A DNA stretch of 64,000 bases from Candidatus Nomurabacteria bacterium. Its GTDB lineage: Bacteria > Patescibacteriota > Minisyncoccia > Phycocordibacterales > UBA9973. The position numbers and the translations under genes are program-made. The stretch spans positions 15,944 through 79,943 of the forward strand of contig JAPLXP010000014.1 of the NCBI GenBank assembly GCA_026396015.1, in the 5' to 3' direction. The notes beneath the pieces are model-generated. The model had not been told where the DNA came from, did no database searches, and saw nothing but the letters and a program-made list of their open reading frames with translations. The first letter of the stretch is position 1. Every line of letters starts with the position of its first letter. Of this stretch, positions 62,609-64,000 are shown in pieces.

Positions 62609-63130
62609 CTATTCTACGATGATAGTAGCAGGATTCTGTTGTGATCCACAATCTACTAGGTATTCTGTAGGAGATTTTAACGCTTCCAGCTTTGCTATCT
62701 CATAATCGTATGCGGCTACTTTGTATATACTGCCACCGATTTTGATATCCTGCTCTTTATCTGTACGATTGTCTAGCATGATTGTAGTACCATTTGAGTA
62801 CACAGAACTACGAGGGAAAGCCTGACATTTAGAATCAAATTGGATTCTGTAGCCACCACTATATGCTTTTAAAGCATCAGCATAAGACATCTTTGGAGTA
62901 GCTACTGGCTTCTTTGTATGAGTCACCTTTTTAGGAGTGACTACTGGATTTGCAATACTCTCGTTCACCACTGGAGTCTCTACTACTGCCACTTCCCCGT
63001 TCTTGTGACCCAAAATACGGAAACCAAATATAACAGCCAATACTAATACAACTGAACCTGCACCTATAAGGTAATTTTTATATTCTTTCATAATAGAAAC
63101 AATACTATCATAAATTCCCAAAATGTCCAT
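62609..63130 (-). CDS. hypothetical membrane-anchored protein
   Basis: TM helix at residues ~20-40, then a probable extracytoplasmic domain. Confidence 0.4.
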   Translation of the reverse strand: MDILGIYDSIVSIMKEYKNYLIGAGSVVLVLAVIFGFRILGHKNGEVAVVETPVVNESIANPVVTPKKVTHTKKPVATPKMSYADALKAYSGGYRIQFDSKCQAFPRSSVYSNGTTIMLDNRTDKEQDIKIGGSIYKVAAYDYEIAKLEALKSPTEYLVDCGSQQNPATIIVE

Positions 63131-63199
63131 ATATACTCGCCCTTACAGCGGTCCAACCCCTGTAAAAGGAGATGCATCGCAAATAAAAAATATTGCCTT

Positions 63200-63320
63200 T
63201 AATTTTTAAAAATGGTATAGTATTTGTGTGCCTGTGGGCGAAAGCCCCTTATCGGCTACGGATTCTCCTAAGCTGAAAGCAGGTACATAAAAAAAACCAA
63301 ACATTTGTTTGGTCTTTTTT
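63200..63320 (+). ncRNA. candidate small RNA with its own promoter and intrinsic terminator
   Basis: TTGCCT-17-TATAGT promoter at ~63203-63231. ~90-nt transcript GTGTGCCTGTGGGCGAAAGCCCC...AGCTGAAAGCAGG with a GAAA-capped hairpin. It ends in aaccaaacatttgtttggt plus T-run at 63292-63320. No + strand ORF. Confidence 0.3.
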
Positions 63321-63370
63321 ATTTTAATCTTCATCTATACCTTTATCATACATCTTTTTGTACGGCATTG

Positions 63371-63409
63371 TATAGCAAGAACTGTATAGCAAGAACAGTT
63401 CTTGCTATA
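63371..63409. repeat. REP-B copies (tatagcaagaac x2 + inverted gttcttgctata) overlapping the RAYT-B stop
   Basis: Same GTAG-core palindrome family as 54217..54277. Confidence 0.8.
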
Positions 63410-64000
63410 GGGTTTTAATGAAATAATTCTCAACAAATTCTTTAAAAGATTGCTGATTTTGGAAATAATCTGGAAATGCAGTCTTATTCAAAATATTTCC
63501 CTCTATCCTACCCTGCCCAACATAGTCAAGATAACTAGAATATCTATATGAATCAAGGAATTTTTTCATTTCATTTTGACTATTCCCCTGTAGCAAGAAC
63601 AGTTCTTGCTTATGGTTTTCACTATTATTCCATCCAGAAAATTCAATATCTAGCGGATTTATGTGAATATATCCAAACAATTGCCTCATATAATTATCAT
63701 CTGTTTTTATACATTTTGATTTAAATGGCCCACCAAACAGAGCCCCTTGTCTTTGGTATTTAATGTTAAAAAACATTGAATACCCTACTCCGAGCTTTCT
63801 CATAAACTTAGTGATTCCTCCATCTACTTCTTGTCGGACTAAAATATGAAAATGATTGGTCATTAGACACCAAGCTCCAATAGAAACGAGAGGTTCTCCT
63901 TTATCTAAAATCATAATTTCATCAAAACTCTTATGAGAATGATTAATCAAATTATCTAACCTTGGAGTTTTTTCACTACTAGAATTTGAAATATATAAAA
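63405..64000 (-). CDS. REP-associated tyrosine transposase (RAYT) copy B, N-terminus beyond window end
   Basis: HUH motif LMTNHFHILV and catalytic Tyr region LFGYIHINPL. The reading frame stays open to the window edge. An internal REP-B copy at 63589..63610 encodes HKQELFLLQ. Confidence 0.75.
   Translation of the reverse strand, partial: LYISNSSSEKTPRLDNLINHSHKSFDEIMILDKGEPLVSIGAWCLMTNHFHILVRQEVDGGITKFMRKLGVGYSMFFNIKYQRQGALFGGPFKSKCIKTDDNYMRQLFGYIHINPLDIEFSGWNNSENHKQELFLLQGNSQNEMKKFLDSYRYSSYLDYVGQGRIEGNILNKTAFPDYFQNQQSFKEFVENYFIKTL

Overview
Low-GC, gene-dense bacterial window, almost entirely minus-strand coding. The streamlined ribosomal proteins and aminoacyl-tRNA synthetases with lysine-rich tails resemble Candidate Phyla Radiation (Parcubacteria-type) genomes. 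The core backbone is a transcription supercluster rpoB-rpoC-dnaG-rpoD, followed by rpsP-KH-trmD, RNase R, rnc-smc, a NusB-Nudix fusion, rpmF, thrS, a type IV pilin, gyrB, pheST, an MsbA-like ABC exporter, murI, secDF, uppP, folD, ftsW, a 23S-5S rRNA operon unlinked from 16S, tRNA-Ser(GGA), and rplJ-rplL. Accessory content: (1) a diversity-generating retroelement (DGR). A 67-nt template/variable repeat pair differs only at template adenines. The reverse transcriptase next to it is truncated and frameshifted. (2) Two REP-associated tyrosine transposase (RAYT) genes, each with its own palindromic REP family. Copies of both families sit in-frame inside coding sequences. (3) An orphan MazF/PemK-family toxin next to a cluster of GNRA/UUCG-capped hairpins that may be a structured ncRNA. 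(4) A RelE/ParE-RHH toxin-antitoxin cassette bracketed by twin hairpins upstream of rplJ. (5) A CTAG-rich palindromic motif repeated just upstream of several housekeeping genes. (6) Unusual fusions and reductions: NusB-Nudix, a hinge-less short SMC, and a UvrD-like helicase fused to a Cas4-like Fe-S nuclease. (7) A tail-fibre-like surface protein next to a RAYT. No CRISPR array and no 16S rRNA were seen. Coordinates of elements located by eye are accurate to about 1-3 nt.
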